Assembly: GCF_009914755.1 (NCBI RefSeq)
Contig: NC_060931.1
Length of the DNA stretch: 64,000 nucleotides
Direction: 5' to 3' (one strand)
DNA from: the human T2T-CHM13v2.0 reference genome, Homo sapiens
This document shows positions 42,721 through 58,150 of this stretch, piece by piece (position 1 is the stretch's first letter; each line of letters begins with the position of its first letter). A program made the translations under genes and the position numbers. The notes under the pieces are model-generated. The model had not been told where the DNA came from. It saw only the letters and a list, made by a program, of their open reading frames with translations, and made no database searches.

Positions 42721-43729
42721 AATAAACCCACTCTCTCTCCCAGGTCCCCTAAAGTCTTATTCCAATATGGCATTGTCTTGAAGTCCAGGACCTTGTCATC
42801 TAAATCAATTACAAATGCAGATAAGGCTCCTCAGGTGCTGATCCTAAAATCTTTATGAAAATGCAATAGGCATAGAACAGTCATCACAGTTTTGGAGAAA
42901 AACAACTTGGGAGATTTACATTATGAGATATCAAGCTTACTTACTCTAAACTGTAATAATTAGGGGAAGGTGATATGGAACAAGAATAGTCAAATAGGCA
43001 AATGAAACCAAATAAGAGTGCAAAAATAGACCCATATATAGGACCAACTTCATTTTCAGCAAAAGTGCCAAGCAATTTAATGAGGAAGAAAGGAGAATGA
43101 TTAAAGTTTTCCAATTTCTAATTTTAAGGGAAAAAGAGCTACTACTTCCCTTTAGACTTTCCATCTGGTATTACGTTAAAATTTTAAGGATCATCACTAA
43201 AAAGAATTTTAAAAGGATGTAATTTATAATCTAACAAAAAAAATGGAGGGGGAATAAAAAAACAAACTCCATACATTCAGTGGAAAGAAAGTAGGAAAGG
43301 AGAAGAGCTTAAAAGGAGGGCAGAAGGGATGGTAGAGATAAATGCAAATATATCAATAATCAAAATAAATGTAAATGAGTTGAACTTTCCATCTCTATTC
43401 AAAGACAGGGATTGGTAGATTGGTTTCCTTTTAAACCAAGTTGTATGTTATTCAAAGAGATATTAGAACTTAAGGACACAGAAAGGATGAAAGTATAACT
43501 ATCTTAGAATCAGTGAAATTAAATGTTAAGGCAAAAAACATTAGTAGAGATAAAAAGGTTGATGATATCATGATAAAGATACAATTCACCTGTAAGATAA
43601 CAATAATTTTAATTTCACCTAACAATACAGTCTCAAATATTCATACCAAAAATGAACAGAAATATTAGGTTAAACAGACAAATCCATTGCCTTAGTGAGA
43701 ATTTTAACTCATCTTTCTCAGTAATTGAC

Positions 43730-44212
43730 TGTATCAGTTTGCTTTTGGTAAGTAATACACCACCCCAAAATTTAGATGCTTAAAACAGCAATCACTTGTT
43801 AGCTCATTATATTGTGGGTCAGAAATTTAAACTGGGTTTATCTGGGTAATTCCTCTGTTGATCTTCACTGGGGCCGTGCATGTTTGATGGCATTGCTCAC
43901 GTGTCTATGAGTTTACCGGAGTGATAGATATCTGGCCCATATTTATCCCATTATCTATTAAGTTAATGGACCTTGTTCATGTGATGGAAGATCAGAAAAG
44001 TAGCAAGGAAACAAATGTTAATGCACAAGCACTTTGCAAGCCTTTGCTTGCATCACATTTGCTAATGTCCCACTGGCTGAAAAAGGTCATATGACCAACC
44101 TGGATACAAGGGGTGGAAGAAGAGATTCCATTTTTTTTGATGGACCTGCTATCTCATTTCAAGGATATAGATTCAGGTGGGAAAATATTTTGTAACCATT
44201 TTTATAGTCTAC
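43730..44212 (-). mobile_element. MaLR (MLT1-like) LTR inserted in L1
   Basis: TGTATCAGTTTGCT...CACCCCAAAATTTAG...TTTGCTAATGTCCCACTGGC...TCTACA. Confidence 0.7.
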
Positions 44213-45251
44213 ATATTGATAGAGCAAGAAGACAAAAAAATTAGTAAGGCTCTAAGAAGTTTTGAACTATACAAAAAGTTTTGTATGCTTTATATATAAA
44301 ACTTATACTCTACAATTAGAAAATACAAAATCTTTTAAAATGGACATAATACACCTATAAAAAATAAATAATATACAAAGCTAAAAAATTATTCTCAGCA
44401 AAAAACCAAAGAACTGCTCTTTTATAAACCCCATTTTCAGGCCAAAACTCAGTTAAGCTAGGAATTAGTTACAAGATAACTTTTTAAAAAGCGTATTTAG
44501 AAAGTTTTTAATGTTTCTTAAAAATTAATTGATCAAAACAGAATTCATAATAGGAATTATAAAATATTTTGAATGCAAAATATTGGGAAGACTGGCATAA
44601 TTTATGAGATATAGCTAAAGTGATATTTAGATAAAAATTCTAGCTTTAAGTGTTTACATTAGAAAAGATGAACAATGTAAACTAACGAGTTGTGCACATT
44701 GTCTTAAGTTAGAAAAAGAACAACAGAATAAACTCAGGAAAGCAGAAGGAAGAAAGTGAAAAAGAACATAAAGTAATGAGATAGGAAACACAGATTCATT
44801 AGAAAGGTTCTATAAAAACAAATGCTAGTCTTTGAAAAGATTAATAGACATGTCTCTTATAAGACAAATACAGAAAAAATGACAAAGGCATACACTGTTA
44901 AGAAAAAAGGAGAAGAATTACAGGTTCAGTAAGATTTATAAATTAGAGACCCTGAACTCATTTAAACAAAACCAAATAAAGACAACACAAGAAAAAAAAT
45001 TTATGAATCTAGCTGCAACTATAAGAAATAAAATATGATAAAACCATGTGTGTATATAAATCATGGTCAAGGAATTAAAGAATACTTCAACAGTTCAAAA
45101 AATCTGCCAATAAAACACCATACTGTCTGCAGGGAAAAAAATTGAAAATCTTTCAATGTCATTTAATACATAAATACTTTTGAAAGGGAAAAATATGATT
45201 ATTCCAAAATATGCAGAAAAAATGTTTGATAAAATTCAACAGTTGACATGA

Positions 45252-45605
<354 letters not shown>

Positions 45606-48479
45606 AAAAACTTTTCTAATAATTGAAAGGAATCTAACAGACTTACAGCAAATGTATCATATTCAATAATGAAATATTATAAGTATCTTCAAAGTTACAA
45701 AACACGAACATCCATTATCACCACTATTATCAACTATGGTACTGAGATTCTAAAACGTTATGATAATAAAGAAATATGAATTACAAGAAATGCAAAAAGA
45801 AAATTTTTATTATTTGCAGATGATGTGAACATGTACATGGAAAACCTAAAAGTGTTAAAGAACAAGACTATCAGAATAAACTGGTCATGGTAGCATGCAC
45901 CTGGAATCTCAGCTACTCAGGAGGTTGAGGTGGGTGGCTTGCTTGAGCCCAGGAGTTCAAGGCCAGCCTGGGCAACATAATGAGACCCCATCTCTTCATA
46001 AACTCTTAATATATTGGCAGCAAATAGATGAATGGAATAGAATGTAAAATTCAGAAACAGATCCACAAGTACATTAGAAATTAGGTGTAGGAAATAGGCA
46101 CCACTTCAAATCAAGGGGAAATGATGGATTATTCAATAATGGTGCTGTGAAAATTGGCTCACAATAAGGAAAGAAATGCTATTCGATGACTTTCATACTG
46201 TGCACAAAAATAATTTTCAGATATATTAAGGACCAAAATATGAAAAGTAAAACTTTAAAACAGAAGAAAATATAGGTAGATATTTTAAAGATTTGGGTAA
46301 CAAAAAACACCAATGACAAAAGGTAAGCAGTAGATAAGAGATATTTCAACATACGTAACAGATACAGATAAGTATTTCAAATATTTAAAGTACTGAAAGT
46401 CAACAAGAAAAAGACAATCCAGTAGAAAAATAGGCAAATGATAGTAAAAAGCAATTTATAGGGGAAAAAATCACATAGAGAGATGCTCAATCTCACTTGT
46501 AATCAGAAAAGTACAAAATAAAACAAAAAAATCAACTATGTTGAATCCATCAGATAGAAGAAAATTTAAGTCAGTTAATATTATGTGTTGGCAAGTGCAG
46601 GGGTAGTGAACACTCTTGTGCACTGCTAGTAAGTCTGTAAATTAATATAGGCTCCTTGAAGAGGAGTATAGCGGTGATGCAATCAAGCTCTCCCCTGGAA
46701 ACAGATGGAGGATAATTCAAGGAGGTTTGATTTACAAAGAGACTATGAGGATGTGAGCAGAGGAACTGTTACCACCTCCAGACCCAAAGGGACAAGGAGA
46801 AGGAGTAAAGGTTCATGGAACCCAGAAAGGGAAAATCTTGTAGAGATTGCTTTGAGAGGAGCAGCGCTCCTTGGTTGAGGGACACAGCACAAGAAATCTT
46901 GTAGGAGGGAGCTGGTAAATAAATATCTAGACTGCACTCTCCCTCGGATATTCTGCTGGGGTTCCTCATTGGATAAACCCAACCAGGAGCTGAAGGGCCC
47001 ATTGATATAGTTCATAGAGTCAGCCTCCCAGGGTGGGGTAGGATGGAGAAAGGAAGGCTCTGAAGGGGCAAACAAAAGATAACTGGCAACATCAGTAGGT
47101 AAGGAATTGAAAATATTTGTGCCCTACAACTAGCTATTCCATTGCTAAATATAGTTAAAGACATTTTGTTGTGCATCAGGACACATGTACGTATGCATAG
47201 TACAATACTGTTGAGAAGAATAAGTGAAAAATAACTCAAAATTTTATCAGTGAAGGAATAGAGAGGTAAAATATGGGATGAACATGTGATGGCATACTGT
47301 AGAGCAGTTACATGGAATTAATTACATCTTCACTTTTTACGTGGATGAATCTGAAAACATGTTGATGGAAAAAATAAAGAACAGAATGAAGCAACATTAG
47401 TATAACCCCATATTAGTTGGGAGTGTCTTTAGCACCACTGACAGAAAACTTAGCTACAGTTGCTTAATCAAATAGGGGTTTACTTTTCTCATGCTGTAAG
47501 AAGTCCAGAGGTAGACTATCCAGAGCTGGTGCAGCTGCTCTAGCATATATACAAGGAAGGTTCTTTCTGTCTCACTGTTCTTAGCGTATGGCTCCATCTT
47601 ATGGCTTTGAGATATTTAGTAACAGCCCCAATGCTTAAAATGGAATATTTCAGTTTATTTAGCAATTCTATTAACCTGGGCTTTTCCATGTCTTTAGTAT
47701 TAGTTTTCAAATAGACTTGAAGTAAGTAAATACTTTTAAAATCAGGTGAATTCAAATCAAGAAGAAGCTGAGAAAATATGTATATCTCAAGTGCATAACC
47801 TCTGGTGCCCATGATGGTATGTAAAATGTTTCAGGAAGATGAGGTCCTCTGTGTGACTTGGGGAGGTGAAAGTGTAGGTAGGTGTTAGGATAAGTACCAA
47901 GTAGACAATCTGAACAAGATTGAGTCATGTACATTTCCACGCCGCCACCAATCTTCATCTGTGGAACAACAAGAATGTAATCTCTAGTTCTCTCCATTAT
48001 CACAAGAGGGTTTAATAAGTTTGGCTTTATATACAGTGGTTTCTGCTTCTAACCTGCAACTGATTGCACATCTTTGCATTTGAGTAGGTACAGTTCGTTG
48101 AAGAGGAAGAAGAGAAATAGAGGGAGTCTTATGAGATAAATTATTCTCTGTTTGACTATTAGCTGTCTTGTGGATTCTGAATATGTCTGTGCCAGTTTAG
48201 ATAATTTAAGTATTTTTAATTATGTCACTGTATTATAGAAAATATTTCTTTCAAACAAAAATATGGCAATTTGAAAAATCTGACTCCTTTTCTCACACAG
48301 AGTATCACTTTTGGTGCAAGGCACTATAACATATGCTTTATTATGAATAACAACAATAGAAATTTTACTGACTACCATTTATTCAGTTTATACCATGTAG
48401 CAGGTATTGTAGAAAATAATTTATGTGGCTTAGTTCACTTAATCCTTATAGCAACCTTATTTATTTTATTAAATAAGCT

Positions 48480-48775
<296 letters not shown>

Positions 48776-49755
48776 TAAATAAGCTTATTAAAATATACGT
48801 TTGATTACATTAGCTAAATGACTGGCATATAGTAAATGTCCAATTAAAAGTGTTATTTTTAGTATAATTATTGTTATTTTATAGATGACATGGTAGATAC
48901 ATAAAGGGCTTAGGTAGCTTTCTGAAAGCTGCAGAGCTAGTAAGTGGTAGAGCTGAAATTGGTACTTGGATCTGTCTGGCTCCAAGTCTGCATTAACTAT
49001 AAAACTCTACAACAACTTCTGTGACATTGCATTTAACACTTGAACGAAAACCCTAACTCAGGATATTTATGTTTTGGATTAGGAAACTAGGTGTCATAGA
49101 AAATAATTATTAATAATAATCATTTTTTTCATGACCTATTCAAGGGCACTTCTGGTTGGTGACAGAGTTGGGTTCCCTGGGAAGAAAATCCTGGTGGAGA
49201 TTAGTATATGGGACACATTAGGAGTGCTCTGGAAAGCAATACCTGTGCGAGGAAAGGCAAGGAAATAGGATTAGGCAGAGGGAGAATATGGGGTGTGATG
49301 CCCTCTCAATGAAGGCCTCAGCCATCCCCACTGGGAGTTCTAAAGTGGGATTGTCTTTCAGAGTTGTCTTGAGTTGGGATGAGGGGCCCTGAAATTGGGG
49401 CCTTTCTATCCCTAAGTTGACCAGTCATTTCTGGGAATAGGAAGTGCTATAGGGAACTCAGCTATCTTTGACGGAGAAAACTCTCAAAGAAAGCTGAGGG
49501 CTTAGGGCTGTCTGCTAACTGCACTCCAGCCCCTGGAGATAAGTCATTTATTCTTAAATGGAGATTTGGGAGCCACATCACACATCCACTCCAGTATACA
49601 AAACTTCATTAAGAAAAAAAATCTACTATTTTTCTTTCATCCTATGCTGGTATTCCTATTTTATTTAGAAAATGATGTGAGGACTTTGCATAATAACTAA
49701 CCTTTTGTTTCCGTATTTTAAGTTCAATCTTGGTACACCAGAGCTAACCATGTGT

Positions 49756-50197
<442 letters not shown>

Positions 50198-50621
50198 AAA
50201 TTCTAGGTGTTTTCATGCTCTATACTGGGGTTATGAACTCCATATGCAACACCAAAAATTGGTTTAATTGAATGAATCTTGAATCCATGATGAGAACTTG
50301 GTTTAAATCTGGCTTAACTCTCTTCTAAAATATTTCACACATAGGGAACTTTGCCAATTTTTCATTTGTAGCTGTTTTCTTTGTAGGAGTGTTGGGTAGG
50401 AAGGTTATAGGTTGAGGTTTACCCCTACTCCTATGGGGAAAAGTAAGTGAATCTATCACTACACTCTCAACTGTAAAAAAAACTGTTAAAAAACAAAAAC
50501 AAAAAAATTTTGACCACTCTCTCCAATGAAGCAAAGTGTGTTTTTCTTTTTACAAAAGTTTGCATCTTTAAATGATGCTAATCCTACCGTTTCTCTTAAT
50601 AGAAAAAATATTTTTAAAAAT

Positions 50622-50927
50622 TTTATTTTTTTTTAAGAGATTCGGTCTTACTCTGTTTCCCAGGATGGAGGGCAGTGGTGCAATCATAGCACACTGCAGC
50701 CTTGAACTCCTGGACTAAAGCAGTCCTCCCAGCTCAGCCTCCCAAATAGCTGGGACTATAGGCATGCACCACCATGTCTGGCTAATGTTTTTAATTTTTT
50801 TTTTTTTAAAGAGATGGGGTCTTGCTTATGTTGTTGCCCAGGCTGGTCTCTAATGCCTCGCCTCAAGCAATCCTCCTGCCTTTGCCTCCCAAACATTGGA
50901 TTATAGGTATGAGCTATGTGCCTGGCC
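50622..50927 (-). mobile_element. AluJ-like
   Basis: Diverged dimeric Alu in reverse. Confidence 0.88.
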
Positions 50928-52035
50928 TAAGTATTTAAATTTTCTGATCTCTGATCTCATATAAAAAATGTAATATATGGTTATAGTGCTTGCACATACT
51001 ACGCACTCAGTGATTGTTTAATGAATTAAAATGTCTTTATAAGTCAGCTTCCCAAAACTATTATGCTGGCAACAGCCAAATATTAAGAATAACTCTCATA
51101 ATAGCAATCTCTAAATGTGAGCTCAAAAGGAAAATCACTTATGAGGGGTTCAGTTTTGTCTAAGCATTGATTCATGTACATAAAGCCCCTAATGGCTTTG
51201 TTCTAATTTTAAGAATTCCAAATCAGATCCATTTCTGAGGATGGCATTATTCTGATTAATTTAGTCAGACTGATCATCTATCAGATGAGGAAACCAAGAC
51301 CCAGAGAATGCACAGCTAAAAACAACAGGGCTAGAATCTAGGATACCTCTGTTTTTATCTCTAAATTTAGAGATAAGAGAGAGATTAGGGGTTGAGAAGG
51401 GACAGCATACAACAGCAGACATGGAACTCACAAAAGAAAAATAATAAAGAAGATTAAAGTGTTAGAAAGATACCAGAAAGGAAGCAAATTCATGGAAACA
51501 ATTATAAAACATCTGTTGAGAAGAAGGTGAAAAATACTGTCTACTGAAATAAGTATAGAGATAGTGCCATTCTTGAAAATGTCATTTACTCTCCCTCCAA
51601 AAATGTTATACAGTATTAAAACTTGTTAATTTAATATAAAATATTGAGAAGATAATCTGAATTCACAGGTAAAGAAATATAGCATTGTTCAAATGGTTTA
51701 GAGTTAGTTTTTCCAATAATTAATGAATGGTGTCACATAAGTGCAGTATAACATTTTTATTGGCACTTAAAATAAATGTATTACTCACTAGTGGATATGC
51801 CGAAAAGAAAATATCCACCAAAATTCCACCCCCACAAAGCTAAAAATGATTATTTATTAATCAGTGACAGAGTGACTTGGAGTGCAAAACAGAAATCATC
51901 ATGGTTATCTGTGTTCTGAAAGATTAACTATCATCATAGTGTTAAGATCAAAAAAAGGTTGGCACAAAACTTCCCATTAAAAAAAAAACCTCAGTTTTGA
52001 TTCCATTCCTTGAAATTGTGGCTGAATTCATTTTT

Positions 52036-55000
52036 TTTCTCATTCTACTTCATTAGTATTTTCTTAATTTTAATTTTTTATTTCAGTAGGTTTTTGGGGA
52101 ACAGGTGGTATTTGGTTACATGGGTAAGTTCTTTAGTGGTGATTTCTGAGATTTTGGTGCACCCATCACTTGAGCAGTGTACACTGTACCCAATGTATAG
52201 TCTTTTATTCCTCATCCCCCTCCCACCCTTTTCCCTGAGTCCCCAAAGTCCACCTTTGTGTCCTCATAGCTTAGCTACCACTTATGAGTGAGAATATATG
52301 ATGTTTGGTTTTCCATTCCTGAGTTACTTCACTTAGAACAATGGTCTCCAATTCCATCCAGATTGCTGCGAAGGCCATTATTTCATTCCTTTTTATGGCT
52401 GAGTAGTATTCCATGGTATATCTATACCACATTTCCTTTATCCATTTGTTGATTGATGGGCATTTGGGCTGGTTCCATGATTTTGAAATTGCAGATTTAC
52501 ACACTGCTATAAACATGCGTGTGCAAGTATCTTTTTCATATGACTTCTTTTTCTCTGGGTAGACACCCAGTAGTGGGTTTGCTGGATCAAATGGTAGATC
52601 TACTTTTAGTTCTTTAAAGAATCTCCACACTGTTTTCCATAGTGGTTGTACTAGTTTACATTCCCACCAGCAGTGTAAAAGTGTTCACTTTTCACCACAT
52701 CCACGTCAGCATCTATTATTTTTTTATTTTTTGATTATGGCCATTCTTGCAGGAGTAAGATGGTATTGCATGTGGTTTTGATTTGCATTTCCTTAATCAT
52801 TAGTGATGTTGGGCATTTTTTCATGTTTGTTAGTCATTTGTACATCTTCTTTTGAGAATTGTCTATTCATATCCTTAGCCCACTTTTTGATGTGATTGTT
52901 TGTTTTTCTCTTGCCAATTTGTGAGTTCCTTGTAGATTCTGGATATTAGTCCTTTGTCAGATGCATAGTTTGCAAAGATTTTCTTTAACTCTATGGGTCG
53001 TCTGTTTACTCTGCTGATTATTTATTCTGCTGTGCAGAAGCTTTTTAATTTAATTAAGTCCCATCTATTTATCTTTGTTTTTGTTGCATTTGCCTTTGGG
53101 TTCTTGGTCATGAAGCCTTTGCCTATGCCAATGTCTAGAAGGGTTTTTCTGATGTTATCTTCCAGAATTTTTATGGTTTCAGGTATTAGATTTAAGTTTT
53201 TCATCCATTTTGAGTTAATTTTTGTATAAGGTGAGAGATGAGGATCCAGTTTTATTCTTTTACATGTGGCTTGCCAATTATCCCAGCACCATTTGTTGAA
53301 TAGGGTGTCCTTTCCACACTTTATGGTTTTGTTTGCTTTGTCGAAGATCAGTTGGCTGTAAGTATTTGGCTTTATTTCTGGGTTCTCTATTCTGTTCCAC
53401 TGGTCTATGTGACTATTTTTATACCAGTACCATGCTATTTTGGTAACTATTGCCTTATAGTATAAAGTTAAGTGATGCCTCCAGATTTGTTCTTTTTGCT
53501 TAGTCTTGCTTTAACTATGTGGGCTCTTTTTTGTTCCATATGCATTTTTGGATTGTTTTTTCTAGTTCTGTGAGAATGATGGTGGTATTTTGATGGGAAT
53601 TGCATTGAATTTTTGGTTGCTTTTGGCAGTATGCTCATTTTCACATGAGCATGGAATATGTTTCCATTTGTTTGTGTCATCTATGATTTCTTTCAGCAGT
53701 ATTCTGTAGTTTTCCTTGCAGAGGTCTTTTTACCTCCTTGGTTAGGTATATTCATAAGTATTTTTTTTTTTTTCCAGTAAAAAGGGTTGAGTTCTTGATG
53801 TGATTCTCAGCTTGGTCACTGCTGGTGTATAGCAGTGCTACTGATTTCTGTACATTCATTTTGTATCCTGAAACTTTACTGAACTCATTTATCAGTTCTA
53901 GGAGATTTTTTGATGAGCCTTTAGGATTTTCTAGATATGCAATCATATCATTGGCAAACAGTAACTGTCTGACTTCCTCTTTACCAATTTGGATGCCCTT
54001 TATTTCTTTCTGTTGTCTGATTGCTCTGGCTAGGACTTTCAGTGCTTGGTTGAATAGAAGTGGTGAAAGTGAGTATCCTTGTCTTGTTCCAGTTCTCAGG
54101 GGGAATGCTTTCAACTTTTCCCCATTCAGTATAATGTTGGCTGTGGTTTAGTCATAGATGGCTTTTATTACCTGAAGGCATGTCCCTTCTATGTTGATTT
54201 TACTGAAGGTTTTAATCATAAATAGATGCTGGATTTTGTCAAATGCTTTTTCTGCGTCTATTAAGGTTTTCTTTTTAATTCTCTTTATGTGGTATATCAC
54301 GTTTATTGACTTGTGTATGTTAAACCATCCCTGCATCCCTGGTATGAAATCCACTTGAACATGGTGGATTATCTTTTGGATATTCTGTTGGATTCCATAG
54401 CTAGTATTTTGTTAAGGATTTTTACATCTATCTTCATCAGGGATATTGGTCTGTAGTTTTCTTTTTTTGTTATGTCCTTTCCTGGTTTTGGTATTAGGTT
54501 GATACTGGCTTTGTAGAATGATTTAGGGAGGATTCCCTCTTTCTCTATCTTTTCAAATAGTGTCAGTAGGATTGGTATCTCATTGGATGAGAAGTGTCTT
54601 TGAATTTCTAATAGAATTCAGCTGTGAATCCATCTGGTCCTGGACTTTTTTTTTGTTGGCACTTTTGTAATTACCATTTCAATCTTGCTGCTTGTTATTG
54701 GTCTGTTCAGAGTTTTTATTTCTTCCTGGTTTAATCTAGGAGGGTTGTATATTTCCAGGAATTTATCCTGGAAGGTGTTCCGTTTAGCCTTGAATGATCT
54801 TTTGTATTTCTGTGATACCGGTTGTAATATCTCCTGTTTCATTTCTAATTGAGCTTATTTGGATCTTCTCTCTTTTTTCTTGGTTGATCTCACAAATGGT
54901 CTATCAATTTTATTTATCTTTTCAAAGAACCAGCTTTTTGTTTCATTTATCTTTTGCATTTTTTTTTGTCTGTTTCAACTTCATTTAGTTCTGCTCTGAT

Positions 55001-58000
55001 CTTGGATATTTCTTTCCTTTTGCTGGATTTGGGTTTGTTTGCTGATGAATAGAATGTATATTCTGCAGTTGTTGGGTAGAATGTTCTATAAATATCTGTT
55101 GAGTCCATTGATTCTAGGGTATAGCTTAAGTCCATTGTTTCTGTGTTGACTTTCTGTCTTGATGACCTGTCTAGTGCTGTCAGTGGAGTATTGAATTCTC
55201 CCACTATTATTGTATTGCTGTCTATCTAATTTCTTAGATCTGGTAGTAATTGTTTTATAAATTTGGGAGCTCCAGTGTTAGGTGCATATATATTTAGGAT
55301 GTGATATTTTCCTGTTGGACTAGTCCATTTATCATTATATAATGTCCCTCATTGTCTTTTTAAACTATTGTTGCTTTAAGGCCTGTTTTGTCTAAGAATA
55401 GCTACTCCTGCTTGTTTTTGGTGTCAATCGCATAGAATGTCTTTTTCCACCCCTTTACCTTAAGTTTATGTGAGTCCTTGTGTGTTAGGTGAGTCTCCTG
55501 AAGACAGCAGATACTTGGTTGGTGAATTCTTATGCATTCTACCATTCTGTATCTTTTAAGTGGAGCATTTGGGCCATTTACATTCAATGTTAGTTTTGAG
55601 AAGTGAAGTACTATTCTATTCATCATACTAGTTGTTGCCTCAGTGCCTTGTTTTTGTTTTCATTGTGTTACTGTTTTATAGGTCCTGTGAGATTTATGCT
55701 TTAAGGAGGTTCTATTTTGGTGCACAATGAGGATTGGTTTCATGATTTAGAGCTCCTTTCAGCAGTTTTTGTAGTGCTGGCTTGGTAGTGGTGAATTCTC
55801 TCAGCATATGTTCATCTGAAAAAAAAAACTGTATCTTTCCTTTATTTATGAAGCTTTATTTCCCTGTATGCAAAATTCTTGGCTGATAATTGTTTTGTTT
55901 AAGGAGGCTAAAGATAGTACCCCGATTCCTTTAGCTTGTAGGGTTTCTGCTGAGAAATCTATGTTAATCTGATAGGTTTTCCTTTCTAGGTTACCTGATG
56001 CTTTTGCCTCACAGCTCTTAAGATTATTTCCTTCGTTTGACTTTTGATAACCTGATGACTATGTGCCTAGGTGATGATCTTTTTGTGATGAATTTCCTGG
56101 GTGTTTTTGCACTTCTTGTATTTAGATGTCTAGATCTCTGCAAGGCCAGGGAAATTTTCCTTGATTATTCCTTCAGATATGTTTTCCAAACTATTAGATT
56201 TCTCTTCTTCCTCAGGAATACCAGTTATTCTTAGGTTTGGTTGTTTAACATAATCCCAACTTCTTGGAGGCCTTTGTCCATTTTTTTTTCTTTGTCTTTG
56301 TCAGATTGGGTTAATTCAAAATCCTTGTCTTTGAGCTCTGAAGTTCTTTCTTCTACTTGTTTGATTCTATTGCTGAGATTTTCCAGTGTGTTTTGCATTT
56401 CTCTGAGTGTGTCCTGCATTTCCAGAAGTTGTGATTGTTTTTTATTTATGTTATCTGTTTCTCTGGAGATTTTTCTGTCCATATCCTGTATTACTTTTTT
56501 GATTTAAGTTAGTATTCACTTTTCTCTAGTGTCTCCTTGAGTAGCTTAATAATTGACCTTCTGAATTGTTTTTCTGGCAATTCAGAGATTTATTCTTGTT
56601 TTGGATCCATTGCTGTTGAGCTAGTGTGATCTTTTGGGGATGCTAAAGAATTGTTTTTCTGGTTCCTTTTCTGACAATGTCTGAGGGAAGATCCAGGGCT
56701 CAAGGGCTATTGTTCAGATTCTTTTGTCCTACAGGGTGTTCCCTTGATGTGGCAGTCTCCCTCTTCCCCTGGATATGGGGCTACCTGAGAGCTGAACTGC
56801 AGTGATTGTTATTTCTCTTCTGGGTCTAGCCACCCAGTGGAGCTACTGGGCTCCAGGCTCGTACCGAGGAATGTCTGCAAAGAGTCCTGTGACGTGATCT
56901 GTCTTCAGCAGTGAATACAACACCTGCTCCGGTGGATGTAGCAGGGGAGTGAAATGGACTCTGTGAGGGTCCGTGATTGTAGTTTCATTTAGTGCCCTGG
57001 TTTTGTGTTGGTTGGCCTCCAGCCAGGAGGTGGTACTTTCAAGACAGCATCAGCTGCCATAGTATAAAGAGGATATAAGCTTGCCCTAGGGTGACCTGGA
57101 TAAGTATCTGTGTTTCTCAGGTGGTGGGCTGAGCCATAGAACTCCCAAGAGATTATGCCCTTTGTCTTCGGCTAGCAGGACAGGTAGAGAAAGACCATTA
57201 GGAGACCATAAGGGTTAGGGGTGTCTGAGCTCAGACTCCTTGGGTGGGGCTTGCTGTGGCTGCTATAGGGGATGGGGGTGTGTTTCTCAGACTGATGGAG
57301 TTACATTCCCAGGGCGATTATGGCTGCCTCTGCTGCATCATATAAGTTGCCAGGGAAGTGGGGGAAAGCTGGTAGTGACAGGCCTTACCCAGCTCCCATG
57401 CAGCCTGAAAGGCCAGTCTCAACTCTCACTCCCACTGTGCCCCTCCAACAGCACCAAGGTTATTTCCAGGCAGTCAGTGAGCAGGGCTGAGAACTTGCCC
57501 CAAGCTACAAACCTCCCTGCTGAAAAAGCAAGCGGGACTTTCAGATTTCACACCTCTCCACCTGCTGCGGTTTCTGTGCTCATATCTGCACTCCCCATGC
57601 ACCCCCTCCCCCAGATTCTGTCCAGGAAACTTTGTGTTTTGTCAAAATTGTTACAAAGTTCAGCTGGAAGTTTCCTTCTCCCTGTGGTCTTTCCCCAATG
57701 CCACTGAGAGTCCTCCCCAAGGACCCCTCTGAGACAAAGTCAGGAATGGCTTCCCTGGGAACCGAGAGTGCCCACATGGCTCTTCCTGCTCCTTCCTCTA
57801 CCCCTACATTTCGCTCGGTTCCCTAAATTAGTCTCAGCTCCAGGTAAGGTCAAATCCTTCTCCTGTGATCTGGACCTTCAAGCTCCCCAGTAAGGAGGTG
57901 TGTTCTGGGGCAGACATCCCCTTCTCACACTTCGAGCACTCACAGTTTTTTTTGACATTTCATAGAGCCTGCAGCAGCAAGCTGCTTCCTTAAGAGGGTC

Positions 58001-58150
58001 TGTGGATTCTCTTGGCTTTCTTGGTATGTTCCTATGGTAGTTCTTGGAGCAAAAGTTCATGATGTGTGTCTCCACATGCTGCTATGTCCATCCGAGAGGA
58101 AGTTGCAATTTAGCCCTGCCTCCTAGCTGCCATTTTTCCCTGCTATCCCC
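52036..58150 (-). mobile_element. Near full-length LINE-1 (L1PB1/L1PBa-like), inactive
   Basis: L1PB-type 3' end (GGTTTTTGGGGAACAGGTGG). ORF2 fragments at 52271-52630, 53022-53204, 53752-54114 (RT), 54148-54354, 54947-55204 and 55402-55626 (EN: TLNVNG, ICCLQETH). ORF1 coiled coil at 56231-56482. GC-richer 5'UTR at ~56.7-58.15 kb. TSD TGRATTCATTTTT at 52023-52035 and 58151-58163. Confidence 0.93.

Noticed and set aside
47540-48003. Overlapping minus-strand ORFs (90 and 83 aa) in apparently unique sequence; possible pseudogene or ancient TE
   Set aside because: No motif recognised in the minus-strand frames I translated. BLASTX/Dfam would be needed, so it is not supportable from sequence alone.
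52271-56482. ORFs with reverse transcriptase/endonuclease similarity as a novel RT system
   Set aside because: Collinear broken fragments of LINE-1 ORF1/ORF2 with a mutated catalytic motif.
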